DNA of 64,000 bases, from positions 186,001-250,000 of the forward strand of contig NC_042997.1 in the NCBI RefSeq assembly GCF_006345805.1, read 5' to 3'. This document shows, piece after piece, positions 1 through 13,650 of the stretch; position 1 is the first letter of the stretch, and each line of letters opens with the position of its first letter. A program made the translations under genes and the position numbers. Below the pieces are notes generated by a model. It was not told where the DNA came from. It worked only from the letters and a program-made list of their open reading frames with translations, and made no database searches. The stretch comes from Octopus sinensis (taxonomy: Eukaryota).

Positions 1-564
1 GATTGTGTCATTATTTCATATATTAATATGGCTTCAAAAAATATAGCGAGAAAGCTTGGCGGCAAATGGAATTCAGATTTTGTTTAAATCCCACTCATCA
101 TTTTTTAACTCTATTCAAAAGTAACATAGCGACATATACATATTATACAAATACACGTGGCCTATTATTGTTTTAGAAACTGGAATTATTTTCAAAACTA
201 TTTATCTGAGATGTGAAAAGAACCCAAATTACAAAGAATTTTCAGGTTATGGAACCCAGAATCCGAGGTGGTTACTGACGAAACTGGTTCCTCTCTGTGT
301 GTGTGTGTGTGGGTATGTGTGATGGGTACCATTGGTGGTCTGACTGTACACTGTATCATTGACACATGGTGAGCATCAGCTACTAATTACTTTTTTTTTA
401 CATCTTTGGCTTGTAAGTCTTATTTCCTATTCGCTCCTATCTAGAAATAAAAGGGAATGACTACTATTCCCTTCAAACTTGGCTCTTGTGATTTTGAAAT
501 CAATGTTTTGATTGTATTACATTTAAAACAGAGTCAACGCTCAGTTTCTGAAGCAGAAATATCG

Positions 565-735
565 TTACAGCAAATATTCGGCTCAATACTACAGATTTGC
601 TTGTCAGTTACTTGACCATAACCACTTGTCATGTCCCTTAGTGGTTGACAATATGAGCATCTCTGATCATGAGCAGCAGTAGTAAGGGAGCTTCATAGCC
701 ATGTGTTACGAAGGATTATTTGGGTATTGAATAAA
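565..735 (+). mobile_element. Fragment of dispersed retroposon-like repeat (family D)
   Basis: Reverse-complement match to 7150-7445 and 39090-39618 (e.g. catgtcccttagtggttgac...catagccatgtgtt). Confidence 0.7.
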
Positions 736-1343
736 TATAACAAAAGCAAAGTTTGAAGGAAATATTAGCCATTTTTCATATTTCCTAGGGGTAAACAAAT
801 AGGAAAAAAATAAAAAGTTATCACCTAAGGACAAAAATCGTGTTACACACAGTTATAATGTTGTTTTCTAGCGGAACTATATCTCTGGCTAGGTAACCCT
901 GCCGGGCACAAAGGATACATATGGTTAATTATATCGTGTTGAAATCTCAATTTATCTGGGTAGGGCAGGTATTTCGGATGTACTCCAGTCTGTTTAACAG
1001 TGAACCAAAATGTGGACTCTGCGGAAGAGGATTGCCGAGACTCCATAATAAGGATATGAAAAAAACATCTTGACGTGAATGCGTTTGCAGTGATAGTCTG
1101 CAAACGTTAGCGAAGGGTTAAAAAGAATGGAATAACATTGGAGGAATGGAATTACATAAAATAAGATGTAGAAGTAGATAAAAGCTCAAATAAGTACATC
1201 TACATCATGGTTGCAAGCAATATTCTGTGATAATGGTGACCAATTTTGTTATAACACTATTGGCCCCACGAGAGGGTGAAACATCGCTAATGATGTCTCA
1301 TTATATTTGAAAGAAAACTTTCCCCGATATATTTATACATACA

Positions 1344-1358
1344 TATATACATATATAA

Positions 1359-1444
<86 letters not shown>

Positions 1445-1518
1445 TTGTGTTAGTGACGCAATTCTATCTCCTTGTATGAAGGTACATACCTACATATGTT
1501 TATCAATCTATCTGTCTG

Positions 1519-1561
<43 letters not shown>
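1344..1561. repeat. Compound microsatellite (CA)n(TA)n(TG)n followed by (TCTA)n
   Basis: Directly visible. Confidence 0.95.
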
Positions 1562-1562
<1 letters not shown>

Positions 1563-1575
1563 AATATCAAAAATA

Positions 1576-1792
1576 TACTCTTTACTCTTTTACGCTTTTA
1601 CTTGTTTCAGTCATTTGACTGCGGCCATGCTAGAGCACCGCCTTTGCTCGAGCAAATCGACCCCGGGACTTATTCTTTGTAAGCCCAGTACTTATTATAT
1701 CGGTCTCTTTTGCCGTGACGGGGACGTAAACACACCACCATCGGTTGTCAAGCAATGCTAGGGGGACAAACACAGACACACAAACACACACC

Positions 1793-1824
<32 letters not shown>

Positions 1825-1996
1825 CATATATACGACAGGCTTCTTTCAGTTTCCGTCTACCAAATCCACTCACAAGCCATTGGTCGGCCCGGGGCTATAG
1901 CAGAAGACACTTGCCCAAGATGCCACGCAGTGGGATTGAACCCAGAACCATGTGGTTGGTTAGCAAGCTACTCACCACACAACCACTCCTGCGCCT
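1576..1996 (-). mobile_element. tRNA-derived SINE, family A (full length, internal CA/TA microsatellite, (AAAGAGTA)n-type tail)
   Basis: Minus strand starts aggcgcaggagtggttgtgtggtgag (A box) ... ggttcaatccc (B box); homologous to 24449-24802, 44927-45225 and 62400-63420. Confidence 0.85.
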
Positions 1997-2623
1997 ATAC
2001 GCATAATGTAAGATTTTTACCATCGCATTTCAAAACTATCACTGTTATCTCCAGTCTTCCTTGTAATCATGTCTGTGCATAGTAAAATATATCACTTTAC
2101 TTGGAAATAGATGAGAATTGGTGAAGGAATTGAGAGCCGGCTATACAAAATCTGCCAGATCCATGCGAGCATAGAGATAGCGGATGTTTCACACACACAC
2201 GCACACACACACACATTGCATGGGTGGTAATATTTTCAGTCGACATGTTACTAAGCATCTGAACGTTCAGCTGATTCAATATTTACTCACCTACCGACAT
2301 TTGTCAATGGCTTCTCCCATTGTTTTGACGCGCCATTTACTGCCTTAATAAAAATGCTGCTATTTTTGACGACACGGGCATTCTAGTTTTAATATGATAT
2401 AAAAACCTTGACCTCATATATGCAGTATTTATGTGGCAAGAAATAACTTCAGCCCCTACATTATCAAATCACCGAAAAGTATGCTTCATAATTCAAAGTA
2501 ATGCTATCAGATTTCATACGTAGAAAGCTTAGTTGAAGGTAATTCCAGATGTTTTGCATTAGTATTATGAAAATCATGAGGAGTCTAAATTATAGATACA
2601 ACTATAAATACGACAGTACTTAC

Positions 2624-2717
2624 CTTGCTTAAAATCCACACATTAATATCACAAGCTGCATTCAAGAATAATTTAAACCAGGCTTTTGTTATCTTCACCA
2701 TGTAGTAAACCGTTAGT
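2624..2717 (-). CDS. Candidate 94-nt coding exon, unknown protein (LTVYYMVKITKAWFKLFLNAACDINVWILSK)
   Basis: Acceptor ttatttgttttag, donor AAG|gtaagt, one frame open throughout; no recognisable homology. Confidence 0.25.
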
Positions 2718-3405
2718 CTAAAACAAATAATTGTTACTACAGTATTAGTTAAATTACCCTATATTTTTGCTATGTTATATAACAAAATTATAATTTGAGA
2801 ATGAACATATTAACGTTACTAATGTAATTCTCTAACTTACTGGATATTCAGTAGAATATTCATAAAGAATTTATGATATTAAATGATATATTTTGCATCC
2901 AGTAAGCCATATTTTTGTTATTTATTCCTTTCCGTTTTTGAGAGTGTGTAAAATCGCATTTTAATTACTTGCAAATTTCATAGGTGTTTTTTCTATCGTC
3001 ATTGAAAGTTACAACTACAATACTCCATTTCATAGAATTGGTAAAGAGTGATTAAAACTGGGGTGGGTGCGGTATACACTTATTTCCCCTTTATCTAATA
3101 AGAGCGGAGATCATCAAAGAAATAATGTCTTTCATCTATTATTATAAACTAGAATATCAAATAGTATTGATCAACATAATTGTTGCTTATTGGAATAGAT
3201 TATATGTCTAAGAATCTTTAAGTACTGCAATAAGAGTGGGTACGTGTGCAACACTGTCACACTCGCTTAGATATACGCCAGCTGATATATGTATGTGCGA
3301 ATGTGTATATATATATATAAACATTTTTATATGTGTATATATGTGCGTGGGTATATATATATATATATATATATATAAACATTTTATATGTGTATATATG
3401 TGTGT

Positions 3406-3439
<34 letters not shown>

Positions 3440-3549
3440 ATATATATATATAAATAAACACATATATATCTATCTATATATATATATATAATACACACAT
3501 GAATACATATATAAGTGCATATCTATCTATCTATCTACATATACGTATA

Positions 3550-3660
3550 TACAAAATGCGATAGGTAAATTGTCACATTACATTTTTCATTTCGCGCATG
3601 CGCATTGTCTGTTTTTAATTTTGTCGCCTACACAGTATGGTAGGGTCAGTTGGGTACATA

Positions 3661-3712
<52 letters not shown>

Positions 3713-4535
3713 GATAGTTTTTATTTTGTTGACTACACAATACAGTAGGGTCTGTTGGGTACCGTCTGTTAGAAAAACAGCACTATGATGCAATTCACCC
3801 ATCCAAAAAAATTTAACCATGCTCCAATACAAACATTTCAGAGTGTTCGGGTGTCAATCTGATGACAGTGGAGTCTGAGGACATGTATCAACAGTGAAAT
3901 CTGAGGACATGTACCGAGGAGTGATAAAAATCAACCATCTAGTCAACAGCATGGTGTTTGGAGTGATCAATAGTGATGGCGACGTTATGCCTCCATTCAT
4001 TTTCCCATATGGCCTCACACTCAATACCAAGGCCTACATCAAGTGCCTAGAAGAAGTACTGCTGCCCTGCGTCAAGAGGGTGGCTGCTGGATGACCCTAT
4101 GTCTGCCAACAGGACTCTGCACCATGCCATATAAGCAGAAGAACCAAGTCATGGCTGTCAGACAGTTTCTGCGACCACATCACCCCTAAAATCTGGCCAC
4201 CTAACTCTCCACACTGCGACCCTCTTGGTTGTTATGTGTGAGTCGCAGTTGAGCAGGAGAACAAGAAGACTTCTTGTAACATCAGGAAGACAAGGATTAT
4301 GACAACGTTCACCAACTTAAACAAGGAAACCGCCGAGAAGAGCTGCAAGAGATTCCGATGTCGTCTGGAGCGTGGTTGAAGCCAGTGGCGATTTTATTGA
4401 ATAAATTTACTCTTTAGTATTTCAAGATATTTTTATGTAATTTTGGGAAATATCTCCGTTACAATGAGATGTCAGTGTTATTTTCATTTTTGCGTAATTC
4501 AGACGACAATATATTCACAGCATATATACATACAG
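3550..4535 (+). mobile_element. Decayed maT/DD37D (Tc1/mariner superfamily) transposon, C-terminal transposase
   Basis: Translation MVFGVINSDGDVMPPFIFP...QQDSAPCH...WPPNSPHCDPLG(D)CYV with 37 residues between the last two catalytic positions; in-frame stops; the third D reads G. Confidence 0.85.
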
Positions 4536-5119
4536 AGAGAGGGTGAGAGAGCGCGGGAGAAAGAGAGAGAGAGGGGGGGAAGGGCGCGAGAGAAAGAGAG
4601 AAAGAAGGTACAAGAATATATGTATGTTTATATTTTCAAGGAAATGTATATTGTTGTAGCATACGTATTACAAACACAAGACAGACACGCATAGACTCAG
4701 GCGCATATAGGAAAGTCTGTGCATTACATGACTATGAGAGTTCGGGTTAAACCACTTAGAGTAAGGAAACCCAATACTTGCTCTAAGTTCAAATAGTGTT
4801 TTACGCAACGTATTCACTGATCAAGGCATTCACAAATACGCGTGTATGTGTTTGTGCATGTGTGTGTGCGTGTGTGTATATGTATATTGCATATGTATAT
4901 ATGTATATTCATGTGGGTATGTATATATGTAGGAGTTTCGTTAAAATTTATGTACACACAACGCAAGCATTTTGCATTCCTATGAGAACGAAATTTCAGG
5001 ACAAAAACACACACACACACACACACTTGAGCGCGCGCGCACACACCCACACAAGCGCGCATACATACATTCACGCACGCACACACTTATTCACTAATGA
5101 ACGTATATGTGTATATTGG

Positions 5120-6299
5120 TACAGTGGAAGTAAACAATTATCCGCTCTTTCGCCATAACATATCTTTATTATTATCACACTGCCCTCAGCGCATGCGTGC
5201 CCATATTTTGAGCCTGATCGCGCCATTTTTCTTTCTGGTTTTACAGTATAAGCATGGCTGCTCTACTAGGAATGTGTACCAAAGAAGAACAATGAGCAGA
5301 GATCCGATTTCTCTGGTCGTAGGTGTGTGTATGAGTTGATCAAGCATGACCTACGAAGAGAGAGTAGGGTGTCCGTCAACCTCCACCACTGACAAGAGGA
5401 TTCTGCAAGCTCGGAAGATTGTAATGGTGAACCAGCATATTATTATGGTTGAGGTAGCTTGTTCTCTGCAGATCAGTTATGGTTCTGCCTATCAAATCAT
5501 CCACGATAGGCTCGGTTTCCATAAAATCTATGAAAGATGGATGCCAGGAGAGCTTACTGCAGAGCACAAGCGGAAACGTCTTGAAGTCTGCCAACGCTTA
5601 ATCGTGGGCGGGGAACTTTTGAGTTGAATAATCACAAGACATGAAACGTTGGTCCATCATTATGAGGCAGAATCCAAAAGACAGATTATGGACTGGAAAT
5701 ATCCTGGCTCGCCAGTAACGAAGAAATTCAAGATTCAGTCTTCCGCAGGAAGGTGATGCTAAATCTTTTTGATGACTTAAAAGGGCCTATACTGGCAGAC
5801 TACTTGGAAAAGGGATGTACGATCAACAATGCAAGGTAAAGTGCTTTGCTGGCCAACAAACTGAAGCCAGCAATTTGCACCAAACGTCGAAGCCTATTGT
5901 AGGAGAAAGTTTTGTTGTTGCATGACAATGCACGCACATACACGGTCCCCAGACCGTTAAAACCATTAGCCAATTGGGTTTTGCAGTGCTGGAACAGCAT
6001 GTCTACAGCTCAAATCTCGCTCCTTCCGACTATCATATCTTTGGACCGCTCAAAGATGGTTTACGAAGTAGTCGATTTCCTCTGGATGAAGATGTGAAGG
6101 TAGCAGTGCATAAATGCACTGCTAACCGGAAACCTTCTTCTTGGAGGGAATACACAATCTTGTGGACCACTGTGCCAAGTGCATCGAAAAGGAAAGGAGA
6201 CTGTATAGAAAAATGACGTAGTTGTTTATCCCCTACTTTTGTGTAAATACATTGGAAATAAAAAACAAGAGTGCGTATAATTTTTTACTCTCCCTCGTA
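5120..6299 (+). mobile_element. Decayed mariner (D,D34D-type) transposon, near full length
   Basis: MAALLGMCTKEEQ*AEIRFLWS, WMPGELT, HETLVHHYEAES, LLHDNAR, YSSNLAPSDYHIFGPLK; stops and frameshifts; right TIR ...ttttttactctccctcgTA, degenerate left TIR tacagtggaagtaaacaattatccgc. Confidence 0.92.
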
Positions 6300-7149
6300 T
6301 AATGAGATATATAACATATCTATAAAAATTAGCTCATACTATGTTACGTATATACACAAAGTATGTTCATAGAAGCAAGAACGAGTAGTTGTATGTACTG
6401 CATATTCCAACTCTCTTTGAATCCTGCTAGCAGCTACGCAAGATCCTCAGCTATCCATGAATATACTACTTGTAAACACATTATTATCCCTGGCTAAATG
6501 AAACTGAATAAGCCAATTAAATTGAATAAACGAATCTCTTTGCAAATTCCTGGTATTAGTATTGCTTCTTTTCGCTGCTGTGATTTACTATAGAATATAT
6601 TGATAGGTTTATTAGCGAACACTATGGGCTGCTACAAATGTAATCATTATATGTACATGCAAAGAAAAAGAGAAAAACATCTGCATAAATTGCACATTTC
6701 ATCTGAAACGTCCATAATGCGAAGATTCATGGATTGCTTACGACAGACCGCAGTTCACCAGATACTTACCAGCAGGCTATTTTTTCATAATCATCCTTTG
6801 TAGTACCAGTGTGATACGACATGTAGTATCATGTGATGAAATTGCACCGGACTACCGTTGGCTCAGTTGCAGTCCCGAGTGAGGCCCCATAGGCGATTCG
6901 CCTTGTGTTCACCACCTCTATTTCTTTAAAGCCTAAATAGATGAAAACTTGACTACAGCTGTTGCCAATGAAATCCTGAAAGTGTTTCGTAAACTTAGAC
7001 CGAACTTCAGTGTTTGTTCCAAGTTTCGAAATTGCCGATTTCAGAGACATTAGCGTCCAAATAGCACCACGTCCAAAATCCTTGAACCACAGAGACTCTC
7101 CATCAGGACAAAAAAAAAAACGAGCAAAAAACAAACAAACAAACAACAA

Positions 7150-7445
7150 GGATGTTGAATGAAACACCATGTTTCCATGAGGTGAATTATCCAAACTCCA
7201 AACAATTCTTCTCAACACATGGCTATGATGCTCCCCCACTACTTCTGATCGTGATTAGAGAGGCACGTGTCGTCAGCTACCAAGGGACATGCTCAACTGG
7301 TTAAAGACAAACAACTGACAAGTAAATATGTGGTATTGAGCAGAACATTTGCTTTAGCCCATATTTTATACGAAGACAAAACAATGTACATGATAACACT
7401 TCCAATCAGTTAAGATCAGAAGCCGTGACAACCACTGCCTGATAT
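7150..7445 (-). mobile_element. Fragment of family D retroposon-like repeat
   Basis: Co-linear match to 39320-39600. Confidence 0.75.
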
Positions 7446-7699
7446 TATTATTGTCTTTGCATAGCTTCTAGCGCTGGAGATGTACTACGCTGCCAGCTGT
7501 TCTCTACCAGTGAACTAAGGTAATAACCCTTATCTTTCGAGCACCATCCAGAGTATTCGAGCGGTTCCAAGCAGTGTTGTTAGTACTCCACCCTTATTGC
7601 AGTCCCTATTTATTTCATGTACTTCTCAAAGATTTTTACTCACTGTTCCTAGGGCTCGACATTAGTCAGAAATGTAATGATTTATACAGAAGGTGGGAC

Positions 7700-7830
7700 A
7701 TGTACAGATTCCCATTTACTGTAGACAGTAGAACGCACGAAACACAACTTGATTTATGTTGGTTGTACAACAGAACAATTAAACAAAAGATTTCATGGAC
7801 ACAGATATGAGGTCAGACACAATAACAGTA
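7700..7830 (+). mobile_element. Penelope-like GIY-YIG endonuclease fragment
   Basis: Frame reads KHNLIYVGCTTEQLNKRFHGHRYEVR (YVGxT..L..R...H motif). Confidence 0.7.
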
Positions 7831-8240
7831 GTTAGCTAGAACTTGCCGAAAATTTTGCTTCAGACGGTTGCAATTTTGAAAATGACTTTTGAAAGTGCGT
7901 ATTCTCAGAAAATATTCTCAATCTGCTTTACTTTCAATACTCAAAATGCACGTGGAGAAATATGTTTGCATGTTATTAACATCACGCTCTGGAGGAATGA
8001 ATCAAATGACAGGAGAATATCATTAAATTTATACAAATTTGTTTGATTAAATATTCTTTATCCTTTTCTTTTCCCTTTCCTTTTCTTCTCCTTTTTTCTG
8101 TCTTTTTTTCACCTGTTATAAAATTGAAACTTAAAGTCTGATGATGTCATTCCATCAACGTGCGGACGCTGGTTGCTCTCGTACATGCTTTAGATTTGAA
8201 TTTCTATAACTTTGAATTTTTATCACTTTTAATTTTTAAT

Positions 8241-8280
8241 TCGACAAAGACAGGCTTGCTGTCGAAATATAGTTTCTACC
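8241..8280 (+). ncRNA. Degenerate minimal hammerhead-ribozyme-like motif (core mutated)
   Basis: GACAG-gcttg-CTGTC hairpin followed by GAAA-TATA-GTT; the expected upstream CTGATGA reads tcgacaa; about 400 bp downstream of a GIY-YIG fragment. Confidence 0.35.
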
Positions 8281-8349
8281 AATGAAATATCTATTGCAAT
8301 CGCATCGCGCTCATTGTCTTGTCTGTTTACCTTTTTGAAGAGTTACGTC

Positions 8350-9090
8350 AATCTTTTTAATCCCTGGCCTATCAGTGATACCAGGGCCTTTGCCTGTCAG
8401 AGATAAACTCTACAGGAACGGAAGTTCCGTGAGTCGGACCTGTCCGAAATGTACGCAGATTTACGAAACCATTCTGCGTGCACTCGTTCAGTGCCCCAGC
8501 ATATTTGTTGTATGGGTTTGTGTCGAACACCTGCTGCCACGTATAGAACGTGTCTGCTTGTCGACTGATTCCATCTTGAGGATTGCCACACCGCCTTCCT
8601 TTGGCCGGCAAGAAGAGACAAATTTTATCTGTCTCCTGGCTGTAGCGAAATAGGTTATGTGATGGTCGACACCGAAAAGGCTGAAGACAGATCATTTCCC
8701 CTTTGGCCTACTCCTCATCATCAAGGAAAGTGAGGGTTGAGAGAGAAGTGCTGACTTCCAGCAAATTTGTGAAAGGTGGGTGAATGTGGCGAAGTTGGTC
8801 CGTTTTCGAGGGATACCTTGAACATACGGTTTTGAGTTTCCAAGGCTGAAGAGGGAAAGAAAGATGGCGAGAGGGTTCTTGCTCTAGTGGTCGGGGCGCT
8901 CGTGAATTTTTCGTAGGGTCTCCATTAGTAGACGTGAGTTGCTTGCCTCCTTTAGGCATTTTTCTTGTTATATATTTCATTGTTATTGACTTTTTACACG
9001 AAACTTTATGTAACCCCACTTTGCCCTTCATGTTTTGTAATGTCCAACCTTATTTTTGTGTCTAATAAAGAAAGGATTATTATTATTATA
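8350..9090 (+). mobile_element. L1/Tx1-like LINE 3' fragment (C-terminal CCHC-type zinc region plus 3'UTR)
   Basis: LPVRDKL...TCPKCTQIYETILRALVQC...W; homologous to 57640-58100 (+) and 53000-53550 (-); ends aataaa...(tat)n. Confidence 0.85.
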
Positions 9091-9294
9091 TAGTATATCG
9101 GAGTTTTTACTTTGACGTTTCCCGAAATGTGTATTACCGAAGCATCGAAGGAAACTCATTATTCTTCATAAATAATATTTTGTTTTGAGTCTACGATTAG
9201 TATTGACTTTATTGTGTGCCTGTGTTGTTACAGCAATCAATAAAACATGCAATAATTATATACAGACACACACACACACTCTCACACACACACG

Positions 9295-9329
<35 letters not shown>

Positions 9330-10360
9330 TGCATACTAGATACAGATATATGCATATGTGCAGCTATGTTTATTTGGTGATGAATACAGAAAGATAATTT
9401 GAAACAAAAATCTTAACAAAGGTCATTCTCCCTTCATTAAAAAGAAATCCAAAAGCACTTAACCAAAATGACAAAATACAATGAAATATTGGCGAAAATT
9501 AAAAAGAATAAAATGAACGACAATTGCATCTAACATATATGCATAAATATATAGGAAATACTCATACATATTTAATAGTTATGCATGCGTTTGTGTGTGT
9601 ACGTGACTCAGTAATAAATAACAGTTCATTTTCTTTCCTTTCTAAACTACAGTGTAAAGGTCGGCGAGTGAAATAAGTAGAACCATTTTGTGTTTCCATG
9701 CTGTATGTTGGAAATCATAAGAATGAAATTAAATCACAAAAACAAGAATAAAAAAACAGCACCACTACCATCACCATCACCTCTTTACTATCAACAACGG
9801 CAAAAGTAACAACGAAAGTGAAAGGAATAACTACAGTGACTTCTGAAGCATTTTTGCCTATTAATTTGTATGCAAGCTAATTTAGAAAAACGATATTTAC
9901 TTGCAATGTAATTCAGGATATGTCGATATTGTTATCCTGTTCATTATTCGTGTTGTTCACTGGTTTTGCTGGTTGGTCGCTCAGTTGGTTGTTAGCGGAT
10001 GTTCATTGAACGTAGTAGAACAAGGGAGTTTTTTTTTTCTTTTTCTTTTTGTTTTTATTTCGGCATCTGCTTTATTTTTATCTACAGCAGTTTAGTGTTG
10101 TACTTTATAAATAACTAAAGAGTTTATGACATATTACCTGTTTGTAATTTCTTCAATTACTAAACAATTGATGTCAACTTAACTGGTTACATTTGCGTAA
10201 ACGTTGTTTGTTTGGATGAGTAGTTGTCGATGATGTTGTTGATGTTGATTTGATTTTTTTATTGTTGATTTTTGATGATCAAGCGGGTTTTCTTCGGCAT
10301 TTGCATGCTTTTGTATCTGTTCGGAGAAGAGAATTTCTACATAAATGCAGTTAGAGTATG

Positions 10361-10391
<31 letters not shown>

Positions 10392-10410
10392 TGGGTTGTC
10401 AGAAATTATG

Positions 10411-10441
<31 letters not shown>

Positions 10442-10497
10442 TATATATATTATATATATATATATATATTATATATATATATATATGTATGTATATA

Positions 10498-11069
10498 TAT
10501 TGGGTTGTCCGAAACGATCGTGCCGATTTTTAAAGGAAAGAAAAAGGTCAATAAATACATACCATTACATTTTTAATCAATCAAATATGAACCATTTTCT
10601 TGCACAATGCGTCTCCATGTTTCCGTTAAATTGAAAATACCCTCTTCCCAGAATGTAGGTGGTTTCATGGAAAAGAATTCATCAAGGTATCATTTTATGT
10701 CATCCGAAGAATTGAAATTTTTACCATTAAGAATATTCTTCAGAGACCTGAATAAGTGGAAATCCGAAGGAGCAATATCTGGTGAATATGGAGGTTGGGG
10801 TAACACATCCCAGTCGAGCTGCAGCAATTGTTCTCTGGTTCCCAAAGCAACAAGTGCCGAACATGAACTTTCTTATCTTCCATTTTAAGGGGTTACAGAA
10901 TTAACACAGGTTATAGGAATATAAACCTTCTTCCACGAAAAGATAGCTTAAACCGTGATCTAAATGGAGGTGTAGTCAAATCCTATTTTACGGACTCAAC
11001 CATGTTCTAAAATAAGTCGAAAGGTAAGCTACTATAAATCGGCACGAATTTTCCGGACAATCCAATGTA
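10498..11069 (-). mobile_element. Internally deleted mariner element (about 570 bp)
   Basis: About 30-bp imperfect TIRs (tattgggttgtccgaaacgatcgtgccgat / atcggcacgaattttccggacaatccaatgta); minus strand encodes LDWDVLPQPPYSPDIAPSDFHLFRSLKN. Confidence 0.9.
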
Positions 11070-12189
11070 TATATATATATATATTATATATATATAATAT
11101 ATATATAATATATATATAATATATATATATATGTATATATATGTATATATATATATATATAATATATATATATACATATATATATATCCATATGTGTATA
11201 TATATATATATATATATAATATATATATATATATATTATATATATATATATATCCATATGTGTATATACAGTGTCCATAAATTACTCTCTCAATTTAAAA
11301 GATTCAGTAAAAGAGGATAACTCTACAGTCAAATATACATACATACATATCCACTCATACAGACACACATACACACAATAAATATAATATATATTTGTAT
11401 ATATCATTTAGTCATAACGATTCTTTAAGAATCAAAGCTTAAAAATATAAGACCGCAGAAAATAGGTAGGTAAAATCCGACAGTGCTTCCGGTGAAATAT
11501 ATCAGCATTGATTTTTTTGTCGCCTTCATCTCTCTTTGTTTTTCTCTCTTTTCTTTGTCTCTTTGGCCTCGTCTTTCCCTTACCCTTCGCTTCCTCTTAT
11601 TTTTGCCTTTCTCATTTCCCATAATCGTATAATCTCATAATCCCATAATCTACACGTCTTTTGCTCTTTTCCATCCTCACTTCAGTTCGCTTTCTTCTTC
11701 TCTTTAGGGCATTTTTGTAGAAGAGATTAAGTTCAAAATTAACAATTAATTACTCGTTGCCTATATTCACATCAACGTTAATTTTCTATGCACTGGCGGT
11801 TAGTTTAGCAGAAAAAAAGATCTTAGCTGACTGTTTAGCATCCACACTTCTTGACACGTTTAACTATTTTCTGTATCCTGTTCATCAAGTTGATGCATCA
11901 TTCTACTCGCCGTATATATATTTTGGGACTTTTTCGCATGTCTCATATATTTTTGTATACCTGTCTTTTCCCGTTATAGCATAAACAGCCCATGCAAGGT
12001 CAAACAAGTCCTATGATTTATAAATGACTTGCCATTACTATCACGCTGAAGCAAATTAATAGTTTATCGTCAATATGTCGAAACTGCGGGACTTCATTCT
12101 ACAACTCACATACACATGCGCGCGCGCACACACACACGTACGCACACGCGCGCACAGATGCAGATGTATGTCCGTATTTATATATTTAT

Positions 12190-12231
<42 letters not shown>

Positions 12232-12397
12232 GTACACACACATTTAAAAACACGCCCACACGCACACGGATATATAGTTCTTTAGTGCTTTAGTTCTTTA
12301 CTCATGTAGTGTCCGTGTAAGGGTGGATTCCCAAGCATGTGCACATATGTAGGCGTATATGTCTAATGACGTGTGAGTGTGTGCGCGTGTATCTAAA

Positions 12398-12808
12398 GGC
12401 GGCGAGCTGGCAGAAACGTTAGCACGCCGGGCGAAATGCTTAGCGATATTTCCTCTGCCGTTACGTTGTGAGTTCAAATTCCGTCGCGGTCGACTTTGCC
12501 CTTCATTCTTTCGGGGTCGATAAATTAAGTATCAGTTACGCATTGGGGTCGATGTAGTCGATTTAATCCGTTTGTCTGTCCTTGTTTGTCCCCTCTGTTT
12601 TTAGCCCCTTGTGGGTAGTAAAGAAATAGGTATTTCGTCTGCCGCTATGTTCTGAGTTCAAATTCCGCCGAAGTCGACTTTGCCTTTCGTCCTTTCGGGG
12701 TCGATTAAATAAGTACCAGTTACGCACTGAGGTCGATATAATCGACTTAATCCGTTTGTCTGTCCTTGTTTGTCCATGTTTAGCCCTTTGTGGGTAATAA
12801 AGAAATAT
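12398..12808 (+). mobile_element. tRNA-derived SINE family B, head plus 2 tandem 184-bp bodies
   Basis: Head ggcggcgagctggcagaaacgttagc; body repeats at 12449 and 12633. Confidence 0.9.
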
Positions 12809-13244
12809 AATATTTTGGTGCGTTACTCTGATTTAATCAGCTAAAATATATTTCATTCGCTTATAATGCATAAAAGGCGCTGTTAGTTTATAATCCAAAC
12901 AAATATGAAAATATTCAGAAATTAAACATTGATATGTCATCGAAATATTTCCTTTTACCTCATTTAGGATTGCAAGAATGTTTTCGTATTTTTGCCACCT
13001 AATAACATCACTTTCTGTTGCCTTTTTGTATTAGGCCTACGCAACAACCATGTAAAATCCTGGTAGTCCCACCTTATGATTATAAATTATTATTAAGTAT
13101 ATTCGTTGCTGTTTCATGTCTACGATGATAGGAATATTTAATAATTAATTTGAATGTGTAAAAATGTTACAATGTAGGCAATAATAAAAGGGATCACAAT
13201 GACCATCCGCTACCTCTTCTTCTCCTTCTCATCCTCCTTCGTGA

Positions 13245-13445
13245 GGCGACGAGGTGGTAGAATCGTTAGCAAGCTGGGCAAAAGCTTAATGGTATTTCGC
13301 GCGTCGCTACGTTCTGAGATCAAATTCCGCCGAAGTCGACTTTGCCTTTCACCATTTCAGGGTCGATAAAATGAGCACTGGTGTCGATGTAATCGATTAA
13401 CCCCGTTCCCCTAGATTTCAGGCCTTGTGCCTATAGTAGAACGGA
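13245..13445 (+). mobile_element. SINE family B, alternative-tail variant, single body
   Basis: Same head and body, ending ccttgtgcctatagtagaacgg then (ATT)n. Confidence 0.85.
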
Positions 13446-13460
13446 TTATTATTATTATGA

Positions 13461-13511
<51 letters not shown>

Positions 13512-13564
13512 GTTTTTTCCTTCTTTCTTCAAATTTTCTTCCGTTTCTCGCCGAGTGTTTTCCA

Positions 13565-13633
<69 letters not shown>

Positions 13634-13650
13634 TATTATTATTATTATTA
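13445..13650. repeat. (ATT)n tracts
   Basis: Directly visible; source of the poly-L and poly-I ORFs. Confidence 0.95.

Noticed and set aside
843-1103. 86-aa minus ORF with a plausible acceptor
   Set aside because: No good donor and no recognisable homology.
1930-1996. tRNA-like A/B box sequences (also 14383, 24449, 38701, 42680-42755, 43926)
   Set aside because: They are SINE heads followed by family bodies; I could not fold a complete cloverleaf, so they are not called tRNA genes.
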